In this document: positions 18,329 through 26,877 of the stretch, in pieces | Layout: every line of letters begins with the position of its first letter | Position numbering within the stretch: position 1 is the stretch's first letter | NCBI GenBank assembly: GCA_963700155.1 | Contig: OY969472.1 | Coordinates: forward strand, 253,511-317,510 | Source of the DNA: an uncultured bacterium | GTDB lineage: Bacteria > Patescibacteriota > Dojkabacteria > J137 | DNA: 64,000 nt | Direction: 5' to 3' | Notes under the pieces: model-generated | Told to the model about the DNA's origin: nothing | Database searches by the model: none | The model's input: the letters and a program-made list of their open reading frames with translations, nothing else | Position numbers and translations under genes: made by a program

Positions 18329-18537
18329 TTGTAACTATTGGCAATTCGGAGTATTTCAGGATACTCCAAATTGTCATTGTTGAGTGATGTGAGATAGCGA
18401 TGGAACCTCTGCTTCTGATCTGGTGATAACTTGGCAGCTTTTGCTGCCTTGTTAGCCATATCGTTCAGATGCGGTCGCCGCTTTGATTTAAGCTGCTCCG
18501 CCCGCCTACGACTTTTCTCACTCTGCTCGTATGGCAT
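18325..18537 (-). CDS. Small basic protein (70 aa), GC-elevated, SD-led
   Basis: GGAGG 5 nt before ATG at 18537; 86/180 GC counted over 18361-18540. Confidence 0.65.
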   Translation of the reverse strand: MPYEQSEKSRRRAEQLKSKRRPHLNDMANKAAKAAKLSPDQKQRFHRYLTSLNNDNLEYPEILRIANSYK

Positions 18538-18618
18538 TTGTACCTCCAGGTACAACTAGACTCAGGATATATTCCATGAGTATATATAGAATAATACTTA
18601 AGAAAGCTTATTTATGCA

Positions 18619-18634
18619 TTGTATTGCAATACAA
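18619..18634. promoter_or_regulatory. 16-bp perfect palindrome, candidate operator in a divergent intergenic region
   Basis: TTGTATTGCAATACAA. Confidence 0.5.
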
Positions 18635-18731
18635 ATTACGCGGTTTTTTATACTTTTTTAAGCAAAAAATGAAGAAATTTGTAAATTCTAAAATTTGATA
18701 GTAATATTCCTTGTCAACATTAAAATAAAAT

Positions 18732-20984
18732 ATGCCAAGAAGACTTTACCACACAGAGCCGAAAGTTATTAATACTGTCCAAGCAATTCGAGGACAGTCT
18801 ACACGTAAATATCTAGAAATAGCCACCCATAACCAAAACAAAATAAAAGAATATCAAAGGATACTTAAAGGTTATGAAGTCGTGGGAATAGGAGTCGACG
18901 CAGATGAAATCCAAAGCCTCGATCCAATGAAAGTTATAACATCAAAAGCAAAAGAAGCATATAGATTAAACGGATATAATCCAATACTAGTTGAAGACGT
19001 TTCAGTCGACATTCGGGCATTAGGAAATCGTCCTGGACCATTCGTTCGTGATTTCATGGAAGAATCAAATATGAGAAAACTTATCGCAGAAGAATGGCTT
19101 AACGAAAAAGACCGCTCTGCCCTCGCAAGAGTTTTACTAGCAATATATGACGGAGTTGAAGTCTACATTTGGCAAGGAACTACAGAAGGAAGTATCGCAG
19201 AAAAACAAAGAGGAATGAATGGCTTTGACTGGGACGATATATTTATTCCAAAAGAATCTAAAAAAACATTTGCAGAAATGGATTCAAAAGAAAAAGATTC
19301 ATACTCAATGAGAAGAAAAGCCCTGCTTTCATTCTTAGAAAAGCCTTATGAAACAAAATATCCAATCTGGGAACTTCCTGAACCATATGAGCAAGAACTT
19401 CAAAGAGTCCAAATGGATAAACTTTCTAATGGGAAATCAACTCAATTTGCTTATCGGCTTGAGTGTCTTGAAGATGAAAATAAACCAAATAAAGAATTAA
19501 CAGCACCAAATTATTCAAAAATCAGATATGAATCAAACTCATATTTTACAAGATACCTTCCCAAAGAAGATAGTAAGAGCTTAGGATTAATGCTTACAGA
19601 TGTTGATCGTGGGAAATTAAAACTTTATCAGAACGGGAACCCTGTTCTGTGGGAAATGGGACCAGAAAGGCGACATTTAGCGCTTGCTCAAAGAGTTGAA
19701 TATTTTATGCAGAACCAGGATCCTGAAGTTCATAAAATATTAGATGAGCTTGAAGCTAAAAAAGATAAATTCCCACGTAGAATAAACAGGCGATCGACTA
19801 CAATTGAGCAAGCGCTTCGAATACAAGGTTACGAGACAGCAACTCAAGCTTTATCACTAAAAGAAATAGGTTACAAAAAGTTAAGCTCTCTAAAATTAGT
19901 AAGTAGAACTAAATCCTCTAATTTTGGGTTATTTAATATTATCGGGAAACATGCTCGAAGTATGTATGCAGTTGGATCTCTGCCATTCACATCAGGATGG
20001 AGAGATGTAATAGTTATGTCTGCGATTGGACACATGCTTGTTTTCGTTCATAGAAATAATATTAATGCTATTGATTTTAAGAATCAGCTTAGTTTAATTA
20101 AAGAAGCAAGGCAGGTAATCTTGGATTTAAAATTATCAAAAAAGGCTACTAATAGAGCATTAGATAATATAGGAGCTGCTATCGGAAGTAATCCTAAAGA
20201 TGATTTAGAAAAAGCGAAAGAGTTATATAAGATTGGAGTTAAGACTTTTAGAATTTATACAATTAATTCTGACCCTAGAGTTATTGAAACTGCAAAAGCT
20301 ATAAGAAATGAATTTGGAGATAATGTTGAGATTTTTGTCGGACAATTAGTTGATAAAAAACAATGTCAGGCTTTGATTACTCCGGACATTCGAGTTGATG
20401 GGTTTATTTTTGGTCATGGAGGTGGAAGGCAATGTACATCTGCTACAAACGGGATGGCATTAGCTACATTAGAGGAAATTTATCAAACTGTTATTGACCA
20501 TCAATTTAACAATGTCTCAATATTAGTTGAAGGCGGAGTTGGTACTTATGTTGGAGCAATGATGCTTTTAGGAGTTGATTGTATTCTTAGGAATGCACAG
20601 TTTACAAATTGTATTATTGAACAAGGCGATTTATTCTTTGAAGCAAAATCAGGTGGTGAAATTGTCCAACCTTATCATGGTTCTGCGAGTGCGGCCACTA
20701 TGATTATTGAGTCGTACAATAAGAAAAATGCAGAACAGCGCTTATTTTATAGTGGCCGCACCAAAAATGTTGAAGGTAAGTCAGGTTACATTTACTATAA
20801 GGAGCGGGCAAATTCAATGGCATTTTATATTGATGAATTCAAACATTATGCTGCAAGAACTTTGGCAGATTTAGGTGTTGAAAGTATTTGGGAAATGAGA
20901 GAATTCTTGCATACAAACCACGAAGAATTGTTCAGGTTGATGACACCTGAGGCTGTTTATACTGGTACTGCTTACAGAAGCTAA
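18732..20984 (+). CDS. Fusion of Ham1/RdgB non-canonical purine NTP pyrophosphatase and GMP reductase/IMPDH-like TIM barrel
   Basis: N-part: IATHNQNKIKE, EIQ, VEDVS..ALGNRPGPFVR, GFDWDDIF, TFAEM..EK..SMR. C-part: FGHGGGRQCTS, ILVEGGV, YHGSAS, KNVEGK. Confidence 0.85.
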   Translation: MPRRLYHTEPKVINTVQAIRGQSTRKYLEIATHNQNKIKEYQRILKGYEVVGIGVDADEIQSLDPMKVITSKAKEAYRLNGYNPILVEDVSVDIRALGNRPGPFVRDFMEESNMRKLIAEEWLNEKDRSALARVLLAIYDGVEVYIWQGTTEGSIAEKQRGMNGFDWDDIFIPKESKKTFAEMDSKEKDSYSMRRKALLSFLEKPYETKYPIWELPEPYEQELQRVQMDKLSNGKSTQFAYRLECLEDENKPNKELTAPNYSKIRYESNSYFTRYLPKEDSKSLGLMLTDVDRGKLKLYQNGNPVLWEMGPERRHLALAQRVEYFMQNQDPEVHKILDELEAKKDKFPRRINRRSTTIEQALRIQGYETATQALSLKEIGYKKLSSLKLVSRTKSSNFGLFNIIGKHARSMYAVGSLPFTSGWRDVIVMSAIGHMLVFVHRNNINAIDFKNQLSLIKEARQVILDLKLSKKATNRALDNIGAAIGSNPKDDLEKAKELYKIGVKTFRIYTINSDPRVIETAKAIRNEFGDNVEIFVGQLVDKKQCQALITPDIRVDGFIFGHGGGRQCTSATNGMALATLEEIYQTVIDHQFNNVSILVEGGVGTYVGAMMLLGVDCILRNAQFTNCIIEQGDLFFEAKSGGEIVQPYHGSASAATMIIESYNKKNAEQRLFYSGRTKNVEGKSGYIYYKERANSMAFYIDEFKHYAARTLADLGVESIWEMREFLHTNHEELFRLMTPEAVYTGTAYRS

Positions 20985-21349
20985 ATTAGATCAATTTTCA
21001 CATAGATCTCTATACTTAATCGCATGTTTTGTATTTTTACTGTTACATTCTTCTTATTTACATTTCTCCAATTTGAATCTTTTTTTTCCAATGTGGTAAG
21101 AATTTCATATACATCTGAATAATCCTCAACTCGAAGATTCTTAGCATTGGCTAATATATAGTCAATAATATCCACTAACTGTTCAACTGAGAAATCAAGT
21201 TCAAATCTAAGATATTCATCTAAATATGCTTTTAATATTTCAACTGATCTTCTCCATTCACCATTTTCTAAAGCGGAAGATAAGGGATCATTAAGACGTT
21301 CAAATGGTTCACCTTTATGAATATTATAATCTTTTGCAGAATATTCCAT
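20981..21349 (-). CDS. Hypothetical protein, paralog of 21417-21776
   Basis: Shares the DIIDYI(L/I)AN core and flanking pattern with its neighbour. Confidence 0.65.
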   Translation of the reverse strand: MEYSAKDYNIHKGEPFERLNDPLSSALENGEWRRSVEILKAYLDEYLRFELDFSVEQLVDIIDYILANAKNLRVEDYSDVYEILTTLEKKDSNWRNVNKKNVTVKIQNMRLSIEIYVKIDLI

Positions 21350-21416
21350 AATATTTTAATCAAAATAATATATATTGTATTATATCCCGAAAGCTATATA
21401 TTGACAATATATATAC

Positions 21417-21776
21417 TTAACCCTCCTCACTAATAGCTATTAAATTTAATCTCCTTGCTAAATTTGATAATCTCATTCTTATATACAAGGGTAAATCTTC
21501 TCCCATCAAAGGGTCTGTTTTGCTGATAATAACAACTATATTTTTAAGATCTACTATACTTCTCAAACTTAAACTCTCATTATTAGCTATTATATAGTCA
21601 ATAATATCCAACACCTTTTCTATCTTTATATCCAGTTTATCTAAATATCTTGTAAGATTTTGTCTTAAATAATGAATTGTGTAATCCCACTTTTCACCTT
21701 CGATTGCCAGTGAAAATTCAGGATCAAAATTTATATCTGGTTTGCCGTCTTCAAGTGAGATAACTTGTGTGCTCAT
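21417..21776 (-). CDS. Hypothetical protein, paralog of 20981-21349
   Basis: IEKVLDIIDYIIAN versus VEQLVDIIDYILAN. Confidence 0.65.
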   Translation of the reverse strand: MSTQVISLEDGKPDINFDPEFSLAIEGEKWDYTIHYLRQNLTRYLDKLDIKIEKVLDIIDYIIANNESLSLRSIVDLKNIVVIISKTDPLMGEDLPLYIRMRLSNLARRLNLIAISEEG

Positions 21777-21794
21777 TTTATATAAATATTAAAA

Positions 21795-22190
21795 TTAAAG
21801 TTCAATATCACCATATCTTCTAATATAGTCGCTATCATCATCATAAGTTTCTGTTTCTGGAATACTTGTATCAAAATCATCTAAACAGCTTAAATCAGTC
21901 ATCATATCACATAAAGTAGTTAGAATTTCACTCCTGTTCTTAAATGTTTTTTCTTTAGGGTATTTATCTGTAGCAGATTGATATGAAATTAATGCAACTC
22001 CGCCTAAAATATTGTCTGAATTCAAATCCAAATGAAAATCACCTATATCAATACTTTGATTAACGTTATCAAATTCAACAGATACCTCGAGGATTTCACC
22101 TAATTTTAATACTGTATCTTTTACTGAAGGATCACCTATCAAAGAAGTATCAGTTATTACATCTCCATCAAGCAAATTTAAATTAGACAT
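21795..22190 (-). CDS. Hypothetical acidic protein, probable distant paralog of 22207-22569
   Basis: IGDFHLDL..GVALI..KTF..EIL aligns with VGPFQLNF..GICSI..KRF..DVL. Confidence 0.6.
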   Translation of the reverse strand: MSNLNLLDGDVITDTSLIGDPSVKDTVLKLGEILEVSVEFDNVNQSIDIGDFHLDLNSDNILGGVALISYQSATDKYPKEKTFKNRSEILTTLCDMMTDLSCLDDFDTSIPETETYDDDSDYIRRYGDIEL

Positions 22191-22206
22191 ATTATAAAAT
22201 TAAAAA

Positions 22207-22569
22207 TTAAAGTTCAAAAAATTTCCCGTTTAAATCAACTCCTTCCCAAAAACCATTCATAATAAAATTATCTTTTATCCAATTTGGATCAGATAAATTT
22301 GGAATTACATTTAAAACATCCTCAATCGTATCAAATCTTTTTATCCTAGCTAAATTTTCACCATCTAAAGTTACTCTAATGCTACAAATTCCATTTTGGT
22401 TAAAATAATTAGCAAAGTTCAATTGAAATGGACCAACTGATCTTATTAAATCATTCTCTTTTACAATTTCTACACCACCAAGCTGTGATGCTATTTTGCT
22501 TGTTATTAAATCTAAAGTAGATTTGTCTATGTTAGGTTGTTGATCAGGAGTAGATGTGACTTGCGGCAT
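22207..22569 (-). CDS. Hypothetical protein
   Basis: 120-aa ORF with TTGCCA-N17-TATTAT upstream. Confidence 0.6.
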   Translation of the reverse strand: MPQVTSTPDQQPNIDKSTLDLITSKIASQLGGVEIVKENDLIRSVGPFQLNFANYFNQNGICSIRVTLDGENLARIKRFDTIEDVLNVIPNLSDPNWIKDNFIMNGFWEGVDLNGKFFEL

Positions 22570-22638
22570 AACATTATTATTAAAAATAATAACTGATAAT
22601 AACTCAGTTGTTATATGCTGGCAAGAACTTTCCTCAAT

Positions 22639-23091
22639 TTAGAAGTGATCAATTTCCCATAATAAAACATCACCTTCTTTAAGATTATATTCGGTATAAT
22701 CAACCTGATTGTCCTGATTGTTTATGAAAAGCTTCCAGAATTCTCTTTTATCTGAATTAGCTTCATATCCATTAATCGAAGTAATCAATACAGCATAGTC
22801 AGAAGTAGAATATTTAAATTTAAAGCTATTATCTTTTGCCTGAAGATTTTTCATGAAGGTTAAAACATCCTCTCCACTTTGAGATGAAGAAGTATATTTC
22901 GTGATTTTATTATTAATATCTTTAACATCTAGTTCAATAGGGAAGGTTTTAATTTCTTCAGAGATAAAATTATAATCTTGATTGCTATTATTATTATTTA
23001 TAATCGCTAATCCAATAAGAGTAGCCAAAATCATAAATACCCCAGCCAGAATTACACTTATTAAAATATATCTAGAAGAAAAATTTTTCAT
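22639..23091 (-). CDS. DUF4430 (transcobalamin C-terminal-like) membrane-anchored protein
   Basis: N-terminal TM; ITSING..FWKLFIN..YNLKEGDVLLW. Confidence 0.75.
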   Translation of the reverse strand: MKNFSSRYILISVILAGVFMILATLIGLAIINNNNSNQDYNFISEEIKTFPIELDVKDINNKITKYTSSSQSGEDVLTFMKNLQAKDNSFKFKYSTSDYAVLITSINGYEANSDKREFWKLFINNQDNQVDYTEYNLKEGDVLLWEIDHF

Positions 23092-23152
23092 TAATAAAAG
23101 TGTAAAAGATTAATCTGAGTTTAACTACAACACTAAATATCGTCAAGAATTT

Positions 23153-23743
23153 TTATACACCGCCAAATCGATCTAATGGCCATATCCTTATAAATGGTTT
23201 ACCGATAAGCCACTCTGTTTTTACAAATCCAAAATATCTCGAATCATTGCTTACCGATCTATTATCTCCAGCTACAAAATAATATCCTTCCGGAATATTT
23301 TGAGGTATTTTCTCTCTCAAAAAACTTCCACCTTGAGTTTCTACACTTGGATCGAGATAATCTTCTTTTAATAATTGATCATTTATATAAAAATGCCCAT
23401 TCTTAATTTCTATTTTTTCTCCTGGTAAACCTATTATCCTTTTTATTAAAGCATCATTCCCGGGAATTTGAAGTACAACAATATCACCTCTTTTATAATC
23501 AAGATTTAAGACTTCACCAACACTAGTTCCATTAAACCAATGCGATAAACGATTAGTATATAAACGCTCTCCAGTATAAAATGTTGGCTCCATTGACCTA
23601 CCTTCAACTTGGCTTGGAATAACAACAAAGAAAAATAAAAATAATGAGATACCTAATGCAATTGTAATTGTCTCAATTAAATTTATCGTTTTCTCTTTAA
23701 ATTCCTTATTCATAATCTTTTCTTTTATATTGTAATTTTTCAT
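23153..23743 (-). CDS. lepB: Signal peptidase I
   Basis: GRSMEPT (Ser), LIKRIIGLPGE (Lys), GDNRSVSNDSRYFG. Confidence 0.93.
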   Translation of the reverse strand: MKNYNIKEKIMNKEFKEKTINLIETITIALGISLFLFFFVVIPSQVEGRSMEPTFYTGERLYTNRLSHWFNGTSVGEVLNLDYKRGDIVVLQIPGNDALIKRIIGLPGEKIEIKNGHFYINDQLLKEDYLDPSVETQGGSFLREKIPQNIPEGYYFVAGDNRSVSNDSRYFGFVKTEWLIGKPFIRIWPLDRFGGV

Positions 23744-24363
23744 TCTAACTTATAATCTCCTGTTGTTATAATACTAAATGTGTCTAGTGGCCAGAATCTT
23801 AAAATAACTCTTCCTTTTATCCAATTTCTATCAACAAACCCCACATCTTCATATCTTGAATCATTACTTACTGGCCTATTATCTCCCATACAAAAGTAAT
23901 AACCTTCAGGAACCACCATACTTTCACCCCCATCTAATAAGAAATCCCCCCCTCTTGTAAACAAAGCTGGCGGCAGATAATTTTCAACAAGTTTTTGCCC
24001 ATTAATATATACATAACCTTCCCGAATTGAAACTCTATCTCCCGGAAGTCCAACTATTCTCTTTACAAATTCGGAGAGACCTGGCTTTTGAAAAGTTATA
24101 ACATCGCCTCTTTTATAATCAAAACCTAGTGATTTCCCAAAATCAGAATTACCTATCCATTCGCTTAGTCTATTTGTTAATAATAACTGTCCAGTAAAGA
24201 AATTTGGTTCCATTGAAGGACCATCTACCTGGCTTGGAGTAATTACAAATAAATATAAAACTATTGATATTGCTGTTAACACAACTACAGTCTGCAAAAA
24301 AATTATGTACCAATTCTTTGGTGCAGATGTAGGCTTTTCAAAAAAAGGATTATCGTTTTGCAT
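23740..24363 (-). CDS. lepB: Signal peptidase I (second copy)
   Basis: GPSMEPN, FVKRIVGLPGD, GDNRPVSNDSR. Start placed at ATG 24363 (TATAAT 6 nt upstream), which avoids overlap with the divergent gene. Confidence 0.93.
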   Translation of the reverse strand: MQNDNPFFEKPTSAPKNWYIIFLQTVVVLTAISIVLYLFVITPSQVDGPSMEPNFFTGQLLLTNRLSEWIGNSDFGKSLGFDYKRGDVITFQKPGLSEFVKRIVGLPGDRVSIREGYVYINGQKLVENYLPPALFTRGGDFLLDGGESMVVPEGYYFCMGDNRPVSNDSRYEDVGFVDRNWIKGRVILRFWPLDTFSIITTGDYKLE

Positions 24364-24421
24364 CAAGTTATTATAAAATAATATTAATCTGACAATATAA
24401 TACACCAAATTTAAACAGAAT

Positions 24422-25324
24422 ATGAACAATCTATCAAGGCTAAGGGCACTAGTGCTTGTGGTAATTTTAACTTTAATCAGTTTTTTGCTTATTAGATTTA
24501 TTTTTGAATTCTCAAGAACTGATTCAGAGTTAATATTGCCTGCTCTTTTATTATTTCCTACAAACTTTATATCAGTTTTTTTTAGTTCAATAAAAATTGG
24601 AGATTTAGAAATTTCTTCTGTTTTTGCAATTATATTTTTAATTATTATTGGTTATTTAGCTTCAAAGATAATTACCTCGCTTGAACGACAAGATGAGGAT
24701 TCAACACTTCTGGAAATTATTGAAGCAGTTTTAAGAGCTGTTGAATTCTTTATAATCCTTAGAGTAATTCTTGAATTTATTGGAGCTGATCCACTTCTAA
24801 GTTCATTCACAGCATTAATATATTTTTTGACTAACTGGACAGGATTTATTTTTACCCCGATTAATATCACCTTTGGAATGCTGGATATTTCTTCATTAAT
24901 AGTTTTAGTAATATTTATATTTTTAGACATTAATACTGAAGTAATTTTAAGAGGAGTTAAGTTTATAAAAGCCGGAAGCGCAAAAAGTGTTGATTTTATT
25001 GGAAATAACTTACCTAAAAGAAAACTAAATGAGTCAAATGTCGATTATGAAGAAGATTCGAACTCAGACATGCTTCCAAAAGTTCTAAAACCAACAACAT
25101 TTCAACCAGTGGAAGAAAATAGTTCTGAAAAATTATCAAATAATCCAGATTCCAACTCTCAATCATCTCAAGTAATTAATATTCAAAGCGATCAAGTAAT
25201 TGTTCAACCTCCTTCTTTAAATGGGAAACAAGAATCATTTGAGAACGATAAAGACTCAAAAAAAGACAATTCTGTAAAGCCACATACAGTACATAAAGAT
25301 GATATAACCGCACCTGAAGGATAA
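24422..25324 (+). CDS. YggT-like membrane protein with two hydrophobic modules and a disordered tail
   Basis: LLIRFIFEF..LEISSVFAI and ILRVILEFIGA..FTALIYFLT..LDISSLIVL. Confidence 0.65.
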   Translation: MNNLSRLRALVLVVILTLISFLLIRFIFEFSRTDSELILPALLLFPTNFISVFFSSIKIGDLEISSVFAIIFLIIIGYLASKIITSLERQDEDSTLLEIIEAVLRAVEFFIILRVILEFIGADPLLSSFTALIYFLTNWTGFIFTPINITFGMLDISSLIVLVIFIFLDINTEVILRGVKFIKAGSAKSVDFIGNNLPKRKLNESNVDYEEDSNSDMLPKVLKPTTFQPVEENSSEKLSNNPDSNSQSSQVINIQSDQVIVQPPSLNGKQESFENDKDSKKDNSVKPHTVHKDDITAPEG

Positions 25325-25405
25325 ATTTAATATTTTAGAAATTTCTTTTACTTATATTTTTTATTCTGATAGTATATTTTTTGCAGTATTTTTAAGAATT
25401 TTCCA

Positions 25406-25762
25406 ATGAGTGATGCAAAAGATTGTTTAAATGCTAGAAGAAGTGAAACATTATATTCAAATCGTGGAGAAAATATTTTGGATTACATTATCTTAAGTTG
25501 TGAAGGGAAAGGGCAAAATTTAGATTCACTGCTTTCTTCTACATTAAGTAAAGAAGATTTAAACCTTGCAATGCAGGTTGCAATTGAAAGAATTAAAAAT
25601 GGAGATTTTGAACTTTTTGATTTGATTCAAAAAGCAAAAACTAGCCTTAACGGGCATGGATATATTTTAGAGCAAGCAATTAACAATGCTTTACTACAAC
25701 ATAATCCAAATTTTGGAAACAATGTGGCATTTGAAAGAGTACTTGATCAAGCGGAAGCGTGA
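25406..25762 (+). CDS. Hypothetical protein
   Basis: 118-aa ORF. Confidence 0.6.
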   Translation: MSDAKDCLNARRSETLYSNRGENILDYIILSCEGKGQNLDSLLSSTLSKEDLNLAMQVAIERIKNGDFELFDLIQKAKTSLNGHGYILEQAINNALLQHNPNFGNNVAFERVLDQAEA

Positions 25763-26284
25763 TTAGTTTATACTTATTAGCTCCACATAAAAAAATAGAT
25801 CAGCATTAGCAGGTATTGGGCCGCTTCCGCTTGTTCCATAGGCTAAATTATAAGGGATTTTAAGTTCTCGAACTTCTCCAACTTTCATTCCAACAACTCC
25901 TTCACTCCATCCTTGAATAACACCTTGTCCAACAGTAAATGTAAACCCAGTATCACCATGATTAAATGATTGATCAAAAACAGTTCCATCTTTTGCTAGC
26001 CAGCCAACATAGTTAACAGTAATATTATCTCCAGTTTGAACAGCTGGAGAATTTTCATCAGTTGGAGCTAATATTTGTTTTGTTTCAAGTTTAGAAAATT
26101 TAGTAGAAGTTGTTTCCAAATTATTTGTAGACATTGTTTTTAGTCTGCTTTCAAAATTCATATTTTTTTGATTAATAGCTATTTGTGGATCAACTCTTTG
26201 ATTTACTACTGTATTATTTCCTCCTATAAGTAAAACAGTTAAGCCTACTAATAATATCACACCAATAATAATATTCCTTTGCAT
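25763..26284 (-). CDS. FKBP-type peptidyl-prolyl isomerase, membrane-anchored
   Basis: VNYVGWL..GTVFDQS, VIQGWSEGVVGMKVGE, IPYNLAYG, IPANADLFFYVEL. Confidence 0.93.
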   Translation of the reverse strand: MQRNIIIGVILLVGLTVLLIGGNNTVVNQRVDPQIAINQKNMNFESRLKTMSTNNLETTSTKFSKLETKQILAPTDENSPAVQTGDNITVNYVGWLAKDGTVFDQSFNHGDTGFTFTVGQGVIQGWSEGVVGMKVGEVRELKIPYNLAYGTSGSGPIPANADLFFYVELISIN

Positions 26285-26395
26285 TTCAAACTAATCTAAA
26301 AATTAAACAAGTAATTATATACCATAGTCATAAATTTATATTAATTAAATCCCATAAGGCTGAAATGATATAATAATTTGCAAGTTTTTATCTCA

Positions 26396-26468
26396 CAGAG
26401 TCTGGTGTAATTGGTAACATACACGCTTCGGGAGCGTGTGACTCCGGGTTCAAGTCCCGGGACTCTGA
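26396..26468 (+). tRNA. tRNA-Pro (anticodon CGG), CCA not encoded
   Basis: Acceptor stem CAGAGTC/GACTCTG, anticodon arm CACGC-TTCGGGA-GCGTG, T arm CCGGG-TTCAAGT-CCCGG. Confidence 0.95.
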
Positions 26469-26470
26469 TT

Positions 26471-26812
26471 TCAAGAATTTTTCAATATAATTTCAAATGC
26501 ACCTGATTGACCTGTGAAGTAACCGGCGGTTTTGAAACTTTCTATAAACTTTCCTTCTTTCACAAACTCATCTAAAAGTTTCAAAACCGCCGGTCGGACA
26601 ACTTCACCTTTTCCAGTAATCACAAGTACATTCTGAAGCTTTTGAATGTAACTGTCTTCTAAAAATTCTTTAAGATACTTCTCTATTTCAAATGAAGTTA
26701 ATAATCCAAAAGTATGGAAGTCTAAAATCGCTTCAGGAGTAAATCTTAAGAGATCATTATTAAAAAAACTTGGTGGATTTGAATTCTTTTTAGGTTTTTT
26801 CTTTCCAAACAT
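26471..26812 (-). CDS. Standalone Smr/MutS2 C-terminal domain protein
   Basis: ILDFH, VLVITGKG, GQSGAFEI. Confidence 0.85.
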   Translation of the reverse strand: MFGKKKPKKNSNPPSFFNNDLLRFTPEAILDFHTFGLLTSFEIEKYLKEFLEDSYIQKLQNVLVITGKGEVVRPAVLKLLDEFVKEGKFIESFKTAGYFTGQSGAFEIILKNS

Positions 26813-26877
26813 AATAGATTTTACTTAATATTATTATACTAGTCGAATTTTATATCCTTCTGTTATAATTCTGGTGA

